DNA from: an uncultured bacterium
GTDB lineage: Bacteria; Lernaellota; Lernaellaia; Lernaellales; Lernaellaceae
Assembly: GCA_964534375.1 (NCBI GenBank)
Contig: CAZHPN010000177.1
Span: forward strand, 1-12,186
Direction of reading: 5' to 3'
Length of the DNA: 12,186 nucleotides
Under the pieces are notes generated by a model. The model saw nothing but the letters and a program-made list of their open reading frames with translations. It had not been told where the DNA came from and did not search any database. Position numbers and translations under genes: made by a program. Positions 1 to 7,768 of this stretch are shown here, piece by piece; the stretch's first letter is position 1, and each line of letters starts with the position of its first letter.

Positions 1-1689
1 GGCCCGATCATCGAGCACTTCGGCGTGGATATCCTGCCGGACCAGTTGACCGGGCAAGACGACATTCCGTTCTCGCTCGATCCGAGCAACCCGATCGCCT
101 TGTTCGATTGGGACGCCGGCGCGCAAGTCATCTTCATGTCGGAGATGGATGAAAATCTCAAAGCCGCCTACCCGAACCGGTATGCGCTGATCATTCGGCC
201 GCTCGACGCGATGGTTCCGGCGCACCGGCACATTGTGGCGCTGACGACGGCCCTGCGCGACTCGAACGGCAACCCGCTCACGTCGCCGCCGGCGTTTGCC
301 GCATTGCGCGACGGCGTCATCACCGACAACGCGGAAATCGAGGCCGTTCGGCCGCACTACGAAGAAATGTTCACGTTCCTCGCCGATCAAGGCCTGGCGC
401 GCGACAACCTGCTGCTGGCGTGGGATTTCATGGTGGCGAGCGAAGACTTTCTGCTGGGTTCGATTTTGTCCATGCGCACGACGACGCTGCAGCAGGTGCT
501 GGGCACGGGCCTCGCCTACACGATCGATTCGGTGCAGCAAGACCCGAACGAAAACATCGCCCGCATTGTCGAGGGCACGTTCGTCGTGCCGAACTACCTG
601 ACGGCCAGCAACATGTTCGTTTACGACGGCCAGCACCATCCGATCCCCCAGGCGCCCCAGTCGTTCCCGTATACGATGCTGATCCCGAAAATGGCGGAAA
701 CGGCCGAGAACCCGCTGCCGCTGGTGATCTTCGGGCACGGCTTGTTCGGCACCGGCCGCGACTATTTGACGGGCGGGCTGGCGAGCGTTATCCAGCCGAT
801 GGTCGAACAGGACGGCGTCGTGATGGTCGCCACCGATTGGATCGGCCTGTCGGCCGGCGATTTGCAGTTGATCCTCGACGACGTGCTGCCCGACTTCAAC
901 AACATTTCCCTGGTCACCGATCGCCTGCAGCAATCGCTGATCAACAACATCACCTTGACCGAACTGAGCATCGGCAATCTGTCGCACGACCCGCAAGTGC
1001 AGATCGGCAATCAGCAACTGATCGACCCCACCCAGGTCTGGTACTACGGCGTGAGCCTCGGCGGCATTCAGGGCACCTCGTTCGTCAGTCTGTCGAACCG
1101 CATTACCCGCGGCGTGATGGCCGACGCCGGCTCCGTCTGGATGAATATGATCCCGCGCTCGACGAACTGGATCGTGATCAAAGCCGCGGCGGATCTTATT
1201 TATCCCGATCCGTTGCTGCAGCAAATGCTCATCGCCATCGTGCAGACGCGCTTCGACCTCTCGGACCCGATCAACCTCTCGCGCCTGTTGTTCAAAGAGC
1301 CCCTGCCCGACGCGCCCGCCGAGCGGCTGGTCGTCATTCAAGAGGCGTACGGCGATTGCCAGGTGCCGAACCTGTCAACCGAAATGCTGGCGCGCCAGGT
1401 TGGTTTGTTGGCGATGGTTCCCTCCATCACCGACGTATACGGGCTCTACACCGTGAACTCGCCGTCGACCATCTCGGCGCTGACGCAATACAATCTCCTG
1501 GCGGACACTGGGCAGTATATGCCGCCGCAGTCGAACGTGCCGCCGGCGGAAGACAACGGCGCGCATTTCAATATGCCGCAAACGCCCAACGCGCTGGCGC
1601 AGACCTCCGAGTTGTTGCTGAATAGTCAAATCGTGCAGTATTGCAACGGCGGTCCGTGCGACCTGGACGACGACAGCAGCCCCAATTAG
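1..1689 (+). CDS. Alpha/beta-hydrolase-fold protein (lipase/esterase-like, probably exported); 5' end lies outside the window
   Basis: The frame is open from base 1 (ggc ccg atc atc...) to TAG 1687-1689. It has an oxyanion-type VIFGHGLFG, a nucleophile elbow YYGVSLGG, candidate acid GDCQVPN, candidate His in NGAH and a C-terminal CNGGPC. The N-terminal segment 'LIIRPLDAM...HIVALTTALRD' resembles the Ig-like/N-terminal regions of extracellular bacterial lipases. Confidence 0.8.
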   Translation, partial: GPIIEHFGVDILPDQLTGQDDIPFSLDPSNPIALFDWDAGAQVIFMSEMDENLKAAYPNRYALIIRPLDAMVPAHRHIVALTTALRDSNGNPLTSPPAFAALRDGVITDNAEIEAVRPHYEEMFTFLADQGLARDNLLLAWDFMVASEDFLLGSILSMRTTTLQQVLGTGLAYTIDSVQQDPNENIARIVEGTFVVPNYLTASNMFVYDGQHHPIPQAPQSFPYTMLIPKMAETAENPLPLVIFGHGLFGTGRDYLTGGLASVIQPMVEQDGVVMVATDWIGLSAGDLQLILDDVLPDFNNISLVTDRLQQSLINNITLTELSIGNLSHDPQVQIGNQQLIDPTQVWYYGVSLGGIQGTSFVSLSNRITRGVMADAGSVWMNMIPRSTNWIVIKAAADLIYPDPLLQQMLIAIVQTRFDLSDPINLSRLLFKEPLPDAPAERLVVIQEAYGDCQVPNLSTEMLARQVGLLAMVPSITDVYGLYTVNSPSTISALTQYNLLADTGQYMPPQSNVPPAEDNGAHFNMPQTPNALAQTSELLLNSQIVQYCNGGPCDLDDDSSPN

Positions 1690-1690
1690 C

Positions 1691-1725
1691 GGTCAGTGGC
1701 CAGCGGCCGGTGGTCAGTGGTTGAG
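1691..1725 (+). repeat. Degenerate heptamer tandem repeat (GGTCAGT-like x5) immediately after a stop codon
   Basis: ggtcagt ggccagc ggccggt ggtcagt ggttgag. Confidence 0.6.
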
Positions 1726-1768
1726 CCTCGTGCATGAATACGGGCTCAATGCGCGACTTGTCGCGCCG

Positions 1769-1828
1769 ACCCCTCCCCGAAAATTTCGGTTCCCGAAATT
1801 TTCCGCCCCTCCCCGACGCGGAGAGGGG
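1769..1828 (+). repeat. REP-like palindromic element, variant A
   Basis: ACCCCTCCCC, then a perfect 11-bp hairpin GAAAATTTCGG-ttc-CCGAAATTTTC (1779-1803), then GCCCCTCCCCGACGCGGAGAGGGG. The segment gcccctccccgacgc is also present at about 12095-12109. Confidence 0.65.
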
Positions 1829-1998
1829 CCAAGGGGAGGATCCGTAGTCGGTGTCGGGTGAGCAAATAATCTCGCATAACCCTCGAAATCCCTTTCGCAG
1901 ATGCGAGACGCGATTCTTGCGCGAAGCTCAGAAGGCGAAGGCGAAGTCGCGGGCCGCTTCGCGCCTCTTCGAATCCCGGGTCCACAAGGGCGTCCGTT

Positions 1999-2101
1999 CG
2001 CCCCTCCCTGTGGCGGGGAGGGGCGCGGCCACGCTGTACGTGGCCGGGGGAGAGGTCCACGCCAAATGCCGATTATCGAACCGCCATTTCTGCAAAAGAC
2101 T
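1999..2101 (-). repeat. REP/MITE-like palindromic element, copy 1 (inverted relative to 12018-12113)
   Basis: The reverse complement of 2006-2101 aligns without gaps to 12018-12113 with 11 mismatches in 96 bp (manual count). It contains the hairpins cgcccctccc/gggaggggcg and ggccacg/cgtggcc. Confidence 0.85.
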
Positions 2102-2214
2102 TGGTTGGTGGCCAGCCGCGGCCGACGTGGGCTCAATGGCTCGACGTCGTCCGTCAGAGTGTGGACAAAATCGGGCGGTCAACCGAAATCTTGCCGCGGG
2201 AATCGAAAGAATTT

Positions 2215-2250
2215 GACCTATACGTCCTATAGGTCCCAAAAGTCCTATCG
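2215..2250 (+). repeat. Nonamer tandem repeat (GTCCTATAG-like x4)
   Basis: gacctatac gtcctatag gtcccaaaa gtcctatcg. Confidence 0.65.
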
Positions 2251-2342
2251 TATTGCCAACATTTGCACGCCCGGCGCCAAAAGAATCTTTCAGACCCCAC
2301 GATCGCGGCCGCGCAACGATCGCCGAATCTGCGAGCGCACGC

Positions 2343-4268
2343 CTACTTTTTCCGAGCCTTCTTCCCATTTTCGTTGGGAATCAAATACGTGGTTCCCTGG
2401 AGGCCCTTGCTGAACGCGGCCTTCATGCGTTTGGCGTCGGCGGCGGTGAGCTGGCCGCCCTTCACCCGCTTGTCGAGTTCGGTGAAATAGCTCTGTTCGA
2501 GTTCTTCCGGCTCATAGCGCACGAAGGTGATCGACTCGCGGATGGTGTCGCCGCGGACGGTCTTTTGCACATGCGCGCGGCCGTCGTCGCCGACCATCAC
2601 CAGCACCTCGTTGACCTTGCCGAACAGGTTGTGGAAGTCGCCGATGATGTCTTGGTAGGCGCCAACCATGAACACGCCGATCCAGTACAGGCCCTTGCCG
2701 GTCTTGTGCAAATCGAGGAAGCGTTTCTCGTCGTGAATATCGATGAAATTGTCGATGACGCCGTCCGAATCGCAGGTGATGTCGCAAAGAATCGCGCCCG
2801 TGTCGGGCCGCTCGTTCAGGCGATGGATCGGCATGATCGGGAACAGTTGCTCGATCGCCCACGCGTCGGGCGCCGACTGAAACACCGAAAAATTGCAGAT
2901 GTAGCGGTAGGCCAAGTCGCGCTGCAGGTCGTCGAACTCCTCGCGCGACGGCCCGCGGTCGCGCTTCGAGAACCGCACCGCCACGTGGCAGATATCATAA
3001 AACAGCGCCTCGCCGCGCGCCCGATCTTCCAATTCGATGTAGCCGAGGTTGAACAGCGAGGCCAATTCGTCGCGATGCTCGAGCGCGTCGTGATAGTACT
3101 CGCGGTAGTTTTTCAGCGAGAGGTTCCGCCAGATGTCGTGCAATTCCGCGACGACCTGCGGGTCGTCGTCCGTGATGCGGATTTTCTCCGGATCGCGCAC
3201 CGTTTCCGGCGCCCGGTGAACGTTGACGACGTTCACCGCGTGATGCGCCGTCACGGCGCGGCCCGACTCCGACACCAGCACCGGGTGCTCGATGTTCTCG
3301 TTGTCGCAGACGTCCAGCACCGTGTACACGACGTCGTTCGCGTATTCCTGGATCGTGTAGTTGATCGAAGCGTCGCTGCTGGTCTTCGAGCCGTCGTAAT
3401 CGACGCCCAGGCCGCCGCCGACATTGAGATAGCGCAGCGAATTGACCTGCTTTTTCAACTTGGCGTAGACGCGCGCCGCTTCTTTGATGACGTTCTTGAT
3501 GCGCTTGATTTCCGTGACCTGGCTGCCCGAGTGGAAATGCAGCATTTCCAACCAGTGCGCCTTGTCGGCCTCGTCGAGAATGCGCACGACTTCGAGCAGT
3601 TCGCCCGTCGAGAGGCCGAATTTGCTGTACGCGCCGCCCGATTCCTGCCAGCGGCCGCTGCCGCGCGCGTCGAGCCGCACCCGCATGCCCAGCGAAATGC
3701 GCACGCCCTCGCGCTGCGCCACTTCCAGCACGCGCCGCGTTTCCTCGACGGACTCGAGCACGACCAGCACGTTGCGGCCGAAGCGCTCGGCGTTCATCGC
3801 CATCGTCAGGTAGTCGTCGTCCTTGAAGCCGTTGCAGATCATCAAAGCGTTCTCGCTCAGCGGCAGCGCCATCGCCACGAAAATCTCGGGCTTGGAGCCG
3901 ACCTCGATGCCGTAGTCGAAACGCCGCCCGGCCTTGAGAATCGCTTCCATCACCTCTTTGCGGTGATTGACCTTCATCGGGAACACGCCCTGATAACGGC
4001 CGCGGTATTTGAATTCGGCGATCGCGTTGCGGAACGACTCGTGCAGCATCGCAATACGGTGCTCGAGAATCTGCGGAAAACGGAACAGAAACGGCGGCGT
4101 CAGTCCTTTGGCGTTGGCGGCTTCGACCAAATCGTACAAGTCGATTTTTTGATGGCCGTCGGCGTTGACGTCGACCTGCACGTGCCCCTTGTCGTTGATC
4201 GAAAAATATCCGCCGCCCCAGCTTTCGGGGAAGTAGATCTTCTCCGCGTCGCGAAATTTCCCGGGCAT
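2343..4268 (-). CDS. speA: Biosynthetic arginine decarboxylase (PLP-dependent, fold III)
   Basis: 641 aa. Motifs: WGGGYFSIN, PLP-Lys region FPMKVNH, EVGSKPE, CNGFKD, WQESGG..SKFGL, HFHSGSQ, VGGGLGVDYDG, ESGRAVTAHH, NFSVFQSAPDAWAIEQLFPIMP, DITCDSDG, GAYQDIIGDFHNLFG. A GGAGG RBS lies upstream of ATG 4268. Confidence 0.97.
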   Translation of the reverse strand: MPGKFRDAEKIYFPESWGGGYFSINDKGHVQVDVNADGHQKIDLYDLVEAANAKGLTPPFLFRFPQILEHRIAMLHESFRNAIAEFKYRGRYQGVFPMKVNHRKEVMEAILKAGRRFDYGIEVGSKPEIFVAMALPLSENALMICNGFKDDDYLTMAMNAERFGRNVLVVLESVEETRRVLEVAQREGVRISLGMRVRLDARGSGRWQESGGAYSKFGLSTGELLEVVRILDEADKAHWLEMLHFHSGSQVTEIKRIKNVIKEAARVYAKLKKQVNSLRYLNVGGGLGVDYDGSKTSSDASINYTIQEYANDVVYTVLDVCDNENIEHPVLVSESGRAVTAHHAVNVVNVHRAPETVRDPEKIRITDDDPQVVAELHDIWRNLSLKNYREYYHDALEHRDELASLFNLGYIELEDRARGEALFYDICHVAVRFSKRDRGPSREEFDDLQRDLAYRYICNFSVFQSAPDAWAIEQLFPIMPIHRLNERPDTGAILCDITCDSDGVIDNFIDIHDEKRFLDLHKTGKGLYWIGVFMVGAYQDIIGDFHNLFGKVNEVLVMVGDDGRAHVQKTVRGDTIRESITFVRYEPEELEQSYFTELDKRVKGGQLTAADAKRMKAAFSKGLQGTTYLIPNENGKKARKK

Positions 4269-4339
4269 GGCGCCTCCTCTCGGAATGCGGGGCTCAGAAC
4301 GCGAACGCCGCGCCCCCGCCGGCCCCGTTCATAAATTGC

Positions 4340-5458
4340 CTACGGCAACGAGTCAAATGGTTTTTTGAATTCCGTCGTTTTTTCCAGCTCGACGGTCACC
4401 AGGATTTGGCGCCGCGCGCCCTTGTCGTCGATCAGGGTCAGCGCGTGCTTGCCGACCGGCACCTTGGCGTCGAACGGCGTGACGCCGGCTTTCTTGCCGA
4501 AACGAAGGATTTGGCACGGCCGCCCCACGTCGATGACCAACCGCCCGCCGAAGAAATAATTCTTCGTCAGCGGCTTGCCCTTTTCGAGGAAAATCTCTTC
4601 TTTTTGCGCAATGCCCAGCGCTTCGTTGGCGACCTCGATGACATGTTTGCCGGACGTCAATTGGTCCAGATCCAACGGCGTATAGCCCCACAGCCGGCCG
4701 TCGATGCGGATCTTCGAGCGCGGCAGGCAGGTGATTTTCAACGCGCCCTCGCCCTGCGCGAGCGGCAGCGTGATCTTGCGCGCCTCGCCCGCCTTCAACG
4801 AGATCACTTCCTGCGCCGGCAGATAACCCGTTTTGACGACCTTGATCGCCAGCGGCGCGCCGGCCATCGGCTTCGTGATCGTCAGCGGCGTCGCGCCCTT
4901 GAACAGTTCGCCGTTGATGTAGACCGCGGCGCCCGGCGGCACGGTCTCGACGACCAGCGACTTCGCCAGATTCAGCGGGTTGTTCGGTTTGACGAAGTAC
5001 GGGCCGTCCGCCGCGCGCCGGTTGAACATCCGGCCGAGAACCTGAAACGATTTGGCCTTGGCGTCGACCATCGTCAGGTTGACCAGGAACTCGCGCGGCA
5101 CGTCCGCGCCTTCGATCCAGATGCCGAGCGCGCCGTCCGGGGCGCGGTCGAGGCCGTACGTGCCTTTCTTGACCTCGAAGGTGTACGTCGGTTGGGCGCC
5201 GGCGTGCTCGAGTTGGGCCGCCATCGTCCAAGTCAGGTCGTGCAGGAACTCGATGAAGCCGCTTTCGAACCCGGCGTCGGTCTGCCGCCAGAAGGTGTAC
5301 GAGCCGAAAACCTTTTCGATCCCCAGCGCCAGGTCGGGCGCCTGTTCGGATACGTCGCCGAACGGCCCCTCCGTCTGCGGCGGCTTGTCCCCGGCCCAAA
5401 CCGCGGCGCCGAGGCAGAAGCCGAGGGCAACCGCGAGGTATGCGATGCGTTTGGTCAT
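4340..5458 (-). CDS. Exported PEGA-domain protein (signal peptide, uncharacterised N-terminal domain, 2-3 PEGA repeats)
   Basis: The likely start is ATG at 5458, preceded by GGAGAAAGG. The signal peptide is MTKRIAYLAVALGFCLGAAVWA. PEGA-like repeats are VETVPPGAAVYING..GATPLTI and ITCLPRSKIRIDGRLWGYTPLDL..GKHVIEV, with a degenerate third (GVTPFDAKVPVGKH). Confidence 0.85.
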   Translation of the reverse strand: MTKRIAYLAVALGFCLGAAVWAGDKPPQTEGPFGDVSEQAPDLALGIEKVFGSYTFWRQTDAGFESGFIEFLHDLTWTMAAQLEHAGAQPTYTFEVKKGTYGLDRAPDGALGIWIEGADVPREFLVNLTMVDAKAKSFQVLGRMFNRRAADGPYFVKPNNPLNLAKSLVVETVPPGAAVYINGELFKGATPLTITKPMAGAPLAIKVVKTGYLPAQEVISLKAGEARKITLPLAQGEGALKITCLPRSKIRIDGRLWGYTPLDLDQLTSGKHVIEVANEALGIAQKEEIFLEKGKPLTKNYFFGGRLVIDVGRPCQILRFGKKAGVTPFDAKVPVGKHALTLIDDKGARRQILVTVELEKTTEFKKPFDSLP

Positions 5459-5650
5459 GACGAACCTTTCTCCGCGAACCGGAACCCGCGGCCTGGATTC
5501 GCCATCCGGCCCCGGCGCTCCTGCTGCGTTGTTGTTGCGCAAAATCTGACTAACTCGCCCGACGTCGTTGGCGACGCCCAAATTTCGCGGTTAATAAGAG
5601 GGTCAACGCGCAAAAAAGTAAAGAGGCTGCGCCCCGGAAAAACTCGGCCA

Positions 5651-5679
5651 TTGAATCTGCCGTTGTTTTTTGTTAAGAA
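5651..5679 (+). promoter_or_regulatory. Candidate sigma70-type promoter for the lipoprotein gene at 5724
   Basis: TTGAAT, 17-bp spacer, TG-n extension, TAAGAA, in an AT-rich divergent intergenic region. A GGAGG RBS lies at about 5713-5718. Confidence 0.4.
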
Positions 5680-5723
5680 AAGAACATCGACATCAACCAA
5701 TCACTTTCTCGGGGAGGTTGGAC

Positions 5724-6548
5724 ATGAAACGGCGTCATGAGTGGCGGCTTGGTTTCCTGTTTCTTCTGGCGCTGGCCTTGCTCGCCGGGTTGATCGTTGT
5801 TGCCTGCGGTTCGACAAGCAGCGGCAGCAGCAGCGCGACCGACGACGACACGGTCGACGACGACGCATCGCCGGACGACGACGCGTCGCCCGACGACGAT
5901 GACGACGACAACGACGACAACGACTCGTCGCCGGGCGACGATGACGACAACGACGACTCGACGCCGTCGCACGGCACGAAGAACATGATCGTGAACGGCG
6001 GTTTCGAGACCGGCAAGCCGGCGCCGTGGACCGGCCAATGGCCGTACGCCGACATCATCGGGTCCAGTCAGGGGGATGACGACACCGCCGACGACGACAC
6101 CGCCGACGACGACACGTCCGTTGATAAGGGCGTGAAGGGCATTCCCACCCACTCCGGCGATTACGCGGCTTGGTTCGGCCAGGTGGAAATCGGCTCCGAC
6201 ACGGCGTGGCTCGGGCAGACCGTGGCCGCGCCGGACACTTTGTCCGCGGCGACCGTCGATTTCTGGATCGACCTGTACAAGTTCGGCGGCGCGACGATGA
6301 CCTTCACCGCGAAACTGGTCGATCCGGAAAAGCCGACGACGGTGTACGCCGACCTCGGCGAGTGGACGCAGGCCGACGCGCAAGCCATCCCGAAGTACCA
6401 AGAGGTTACGTATAAACTCACCAAAGCCGAAATCTCCACGATCGCCGGCAAGAGCGTGATGCTGCGGTTCGATTACACGGGGAATCATCCGATTCTTACC
6501 GCGGCTTACGTCTACCTCGACGACGCGTCGCTGACGATGACCTGGTAG
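5724..6548 (+). CDS. Lipoprotein with Asp-rich linker and C-terminal carbohydrate-binding-like (galactose-binding/CBM4_9-like jelly-roll) domain
   Basis: ATG 5724 follows GGGGAGG. The signal peptide ends in lipobox VVAC and is followed by a DDD-rich linker. Domain motifs NMIVNGGFETG..W, HSGDYAAWFG and YVYLDDASL are typical of this jelly-roll family. Confidence 0.8.
   Translation: MKRRHEWRLGFLFLLALALLAGLIVVACGSTSSGSSSATDDDTVDDDASPDDDASPDDDDDDNDDNDSSPGDDDDNDDSTPSHGTKNMIVNGGFETGKPAPWTGQWPYADIIGSSQGDDDTADDDTADDDTSVDKGVKGIPTHSGDYAAWFGQVEIGSDTAWLGQTVAAPDTLSAATVDFWIDLYKFGGATMTFTAKLVDPEKPTTVYADLGEWTQADAQAIPKYQEVTYKLTKAEISTIAGKSVMLRFDYTGNHPILTAAYVYLDDASLTMTW
5841..5957 (+). repeat. Coding low-complexity Asp-rich repeat (DDDASP / DDDDNDD)
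   Basis: Repeated gacgacgac..tcgcc units translating to DDDTVDDDASPDDDASPDDDDDDNDDNDSSPGDDDDNDD. Confidence 0.9.
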
Positions 6549-6569
6549 CCGGCGGGCTTCCGCCGCACG

Positions 6570-6611
6570 AACGGCCGTGGACGCGGCGCCGGCCGCGTGC
6601 CCGGCCGTTTT
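6570..6611 (+). terminator. GC-rich hairpin, possible intrinsic terminator
   Basis: aacggccg..acgcggc-gccg-gccgcgt..cggccgtt ending in a short T run, about 20 nt after stop 6548. The U-tract is weak. Confidence 0.45.
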
Positions 6612-6644
6612 GCGGATCTGTCGTGGTTTTTCGCGACGGCAAAC

Positions 6645-6674
6645 TTGACGGCAAGACGCTCGCCGTGTAACCAT
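6645..6674 (+). promoter_or_regulatory. Candidate sigma70-type promoter upstream of the propeller operon
   Basis: TTGACG at 6645, then TGTAACCAT at 17-18 bp spacing. A GGAG RBS precedes ATG 6744. Confidence 0.35.
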
Positions 6675-6743
6675 GAAGCGAACAACCGCCTCTCCGGAAT
6701 TTTCGGCTGAGTTCGGGACAGGCTCACGCTCGGAGTTATCACG

Positions 6744-7721
6744 ATGAAACGCGGCAGTTGGTGTTTATGGTTTTTCTTGGCGCTGGCGTTGCTCGTCTGC
6801 GCGACCGCCTGCGGCCCGAGGAAAAACGCCACGAGCAGTCCGGCTTCCCCGTGGAACCCAATGACGATCGGGACGACGGCGTTTTTGAACGCCGTTTGGG
6901 GAAGCTCCGCCGCCGACGTGTTCGCCGTGGGCGGCGGCGTGTCGACGCCGGGCGTGATCCTGCACTACGACGGTTCCGCGTGGTCGCCGATGACCAGCGG
7001 GTCGACGGCGAATTTGTACGGCGTCTGGGGCACTTCCCCGACCGACGTATTCGCCGTGGGCTACAACTCCGACGGCAACGGCGCGGTTTTGCACTACGCC
7101 GGGGCGTCGTGGTCGGCGATGACGACCGGCCCCGACACCGTGGCGTTGTACGCCGTTTGGGGCAGTTCGTCCTCGGACGTGTTTGTCGTGGGCGGCGACG
7201 AAGATACGCCGGGCGTCGTTCTCCACTACGACGGCGCCACGTGGTCGGCGATGGCCAGCGGCGCGATCGAGCCGCTAAACGGCGTCTGGGGGACATCTTC
7301 ATCGAACGTATTCGCCGTGGGCCCCGGCGACACGATCTTGCAGTACAACGGCGCCGCATGGTCGGCGATGGCTACGGGGACGACGTCGGCCTCGTTCTAC
7401 GCGGTCTGGGGAAATTCTCCCACAGATGTTTTCGCCGTCGGCCGCGACTGGAAGGCCGTCCTGGGCCTGGTTTTGCATTACGACGGTTCGGCGTGGTCGC
7501 CCATGCCCAGCGGAATCACCATCGAATTGTACGGCGTCTGGGGAAGCGGCGCGGCGAATGTGTTCGCCGTGGGCAGTCCGGGCGTTATCCTGCAATACGA
7601 CGGCACGGCGTGGTCGCGGATGACCAGCGGCACGGGCGTCGAATTGAACGCCGTTTGGGGAAGCGCCGCGACCAACGTGTTTGCGGTCGGTTCGGCCACC
7701 GTCTTGAATTACGGCGGCTGA
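6744..7721 (+). CDS. Lipoprotein, predicted 7-bladed beta-propeller (paralog 1)
   Basis: Lipobox ATAC. Seven ~40-45-aa repeats L.(A/G)VWG.S..(D/N)VFAVG-loop-(V/I)L(H/Q)Y(D/N)G..WS.M, plus an N-terminal extra strand (WNPM) consistent with velcro closure. Confidence 0.88.
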   Translation: MKRGSWCLWFFLALALLVCATACGPRKNATSSPASPWNPMTIGTTAFLNAVWGSSAADVFAVGGGVSTPGVILHYDGSAWSPMTSGSTANLYGVWGTSPTDVFAVGYNSDGNGAVLHYAGASWSAMTTGPDTVALYAVWGSSSSDVFVVGGDEDTPGVVLHYDGATWSAMASGAIEPLNGVWGTSSSNVFAVGPGDTILQYNGAAWSAMATGTTSASFYAVWGNSPTDVFAVGRDWKAVLGLVLHYDGSAWSPMPSGITIELYGVWGSGAANVFAVGSPGVILQYDGTAWSRMTSGTGVELNAVWGSAATNVFAVGSATVLNYGG

Positions 7722-7725
7722 CGGC

Positions 7726-7760
7726 GAATGCAGAATTTGGCATGCCGAACGCGGAACGAG
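7726..7760 (+). repeat. Degenerate heptamer tandem repeat (GAATGCG-like x5) between propeller genes
   Basis: gaatgca gaatttg gcatgcc gaacgcg gaacgag. Confidence 0.5.
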
Positions 7761-7768
7761 GTGCCCCG

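Noticed and set aside
420..1625. Alternative-frame and antisense ORFs (420-1625, 4353-5399, 4406-5740, 5673-6674, 7709-8722, 8773-9801, 10874-11797)
   Set aside because: They overlap well-supported genes and have the Arg/Ala/Gly- or Val-rich composition typical of off-frame translation in GC-rich DNA.
1901..2413. Short ORFs 1901-2413 and 11859-12116 sharing 'GRGHA.RGRGRGPR.MPIIE.PFLQ'
   Set aside because: The similarity is just translation of the 96-bp non-coding repeat and ends at its boundaries.
2253..4334. 693-aa + strand ORF
   Set aside because: Antisense shadow of speA, expected from high-GC codon bias; no recognisable motifs.
5459..5581. Longer N-terminus of the PEGA ORF (413 aa) and the upstream starts at 5670, 8503, 9450 and 10391 in the ORF track
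   Set aside because: Downstream starts place signal peptides or family motifs at the N-terminus, and most have an RBS or stop-start overlap.
6758..7768. 5' extension of the 659-aa ORF, suggesting a fusion or frameshift between propellers 1 and 2
   Set aside because: The extension is Arg-rich off-frame translation of paralog 1. Paralog 2 has its own RBS, GTG start and lipoprotein signal peptide.
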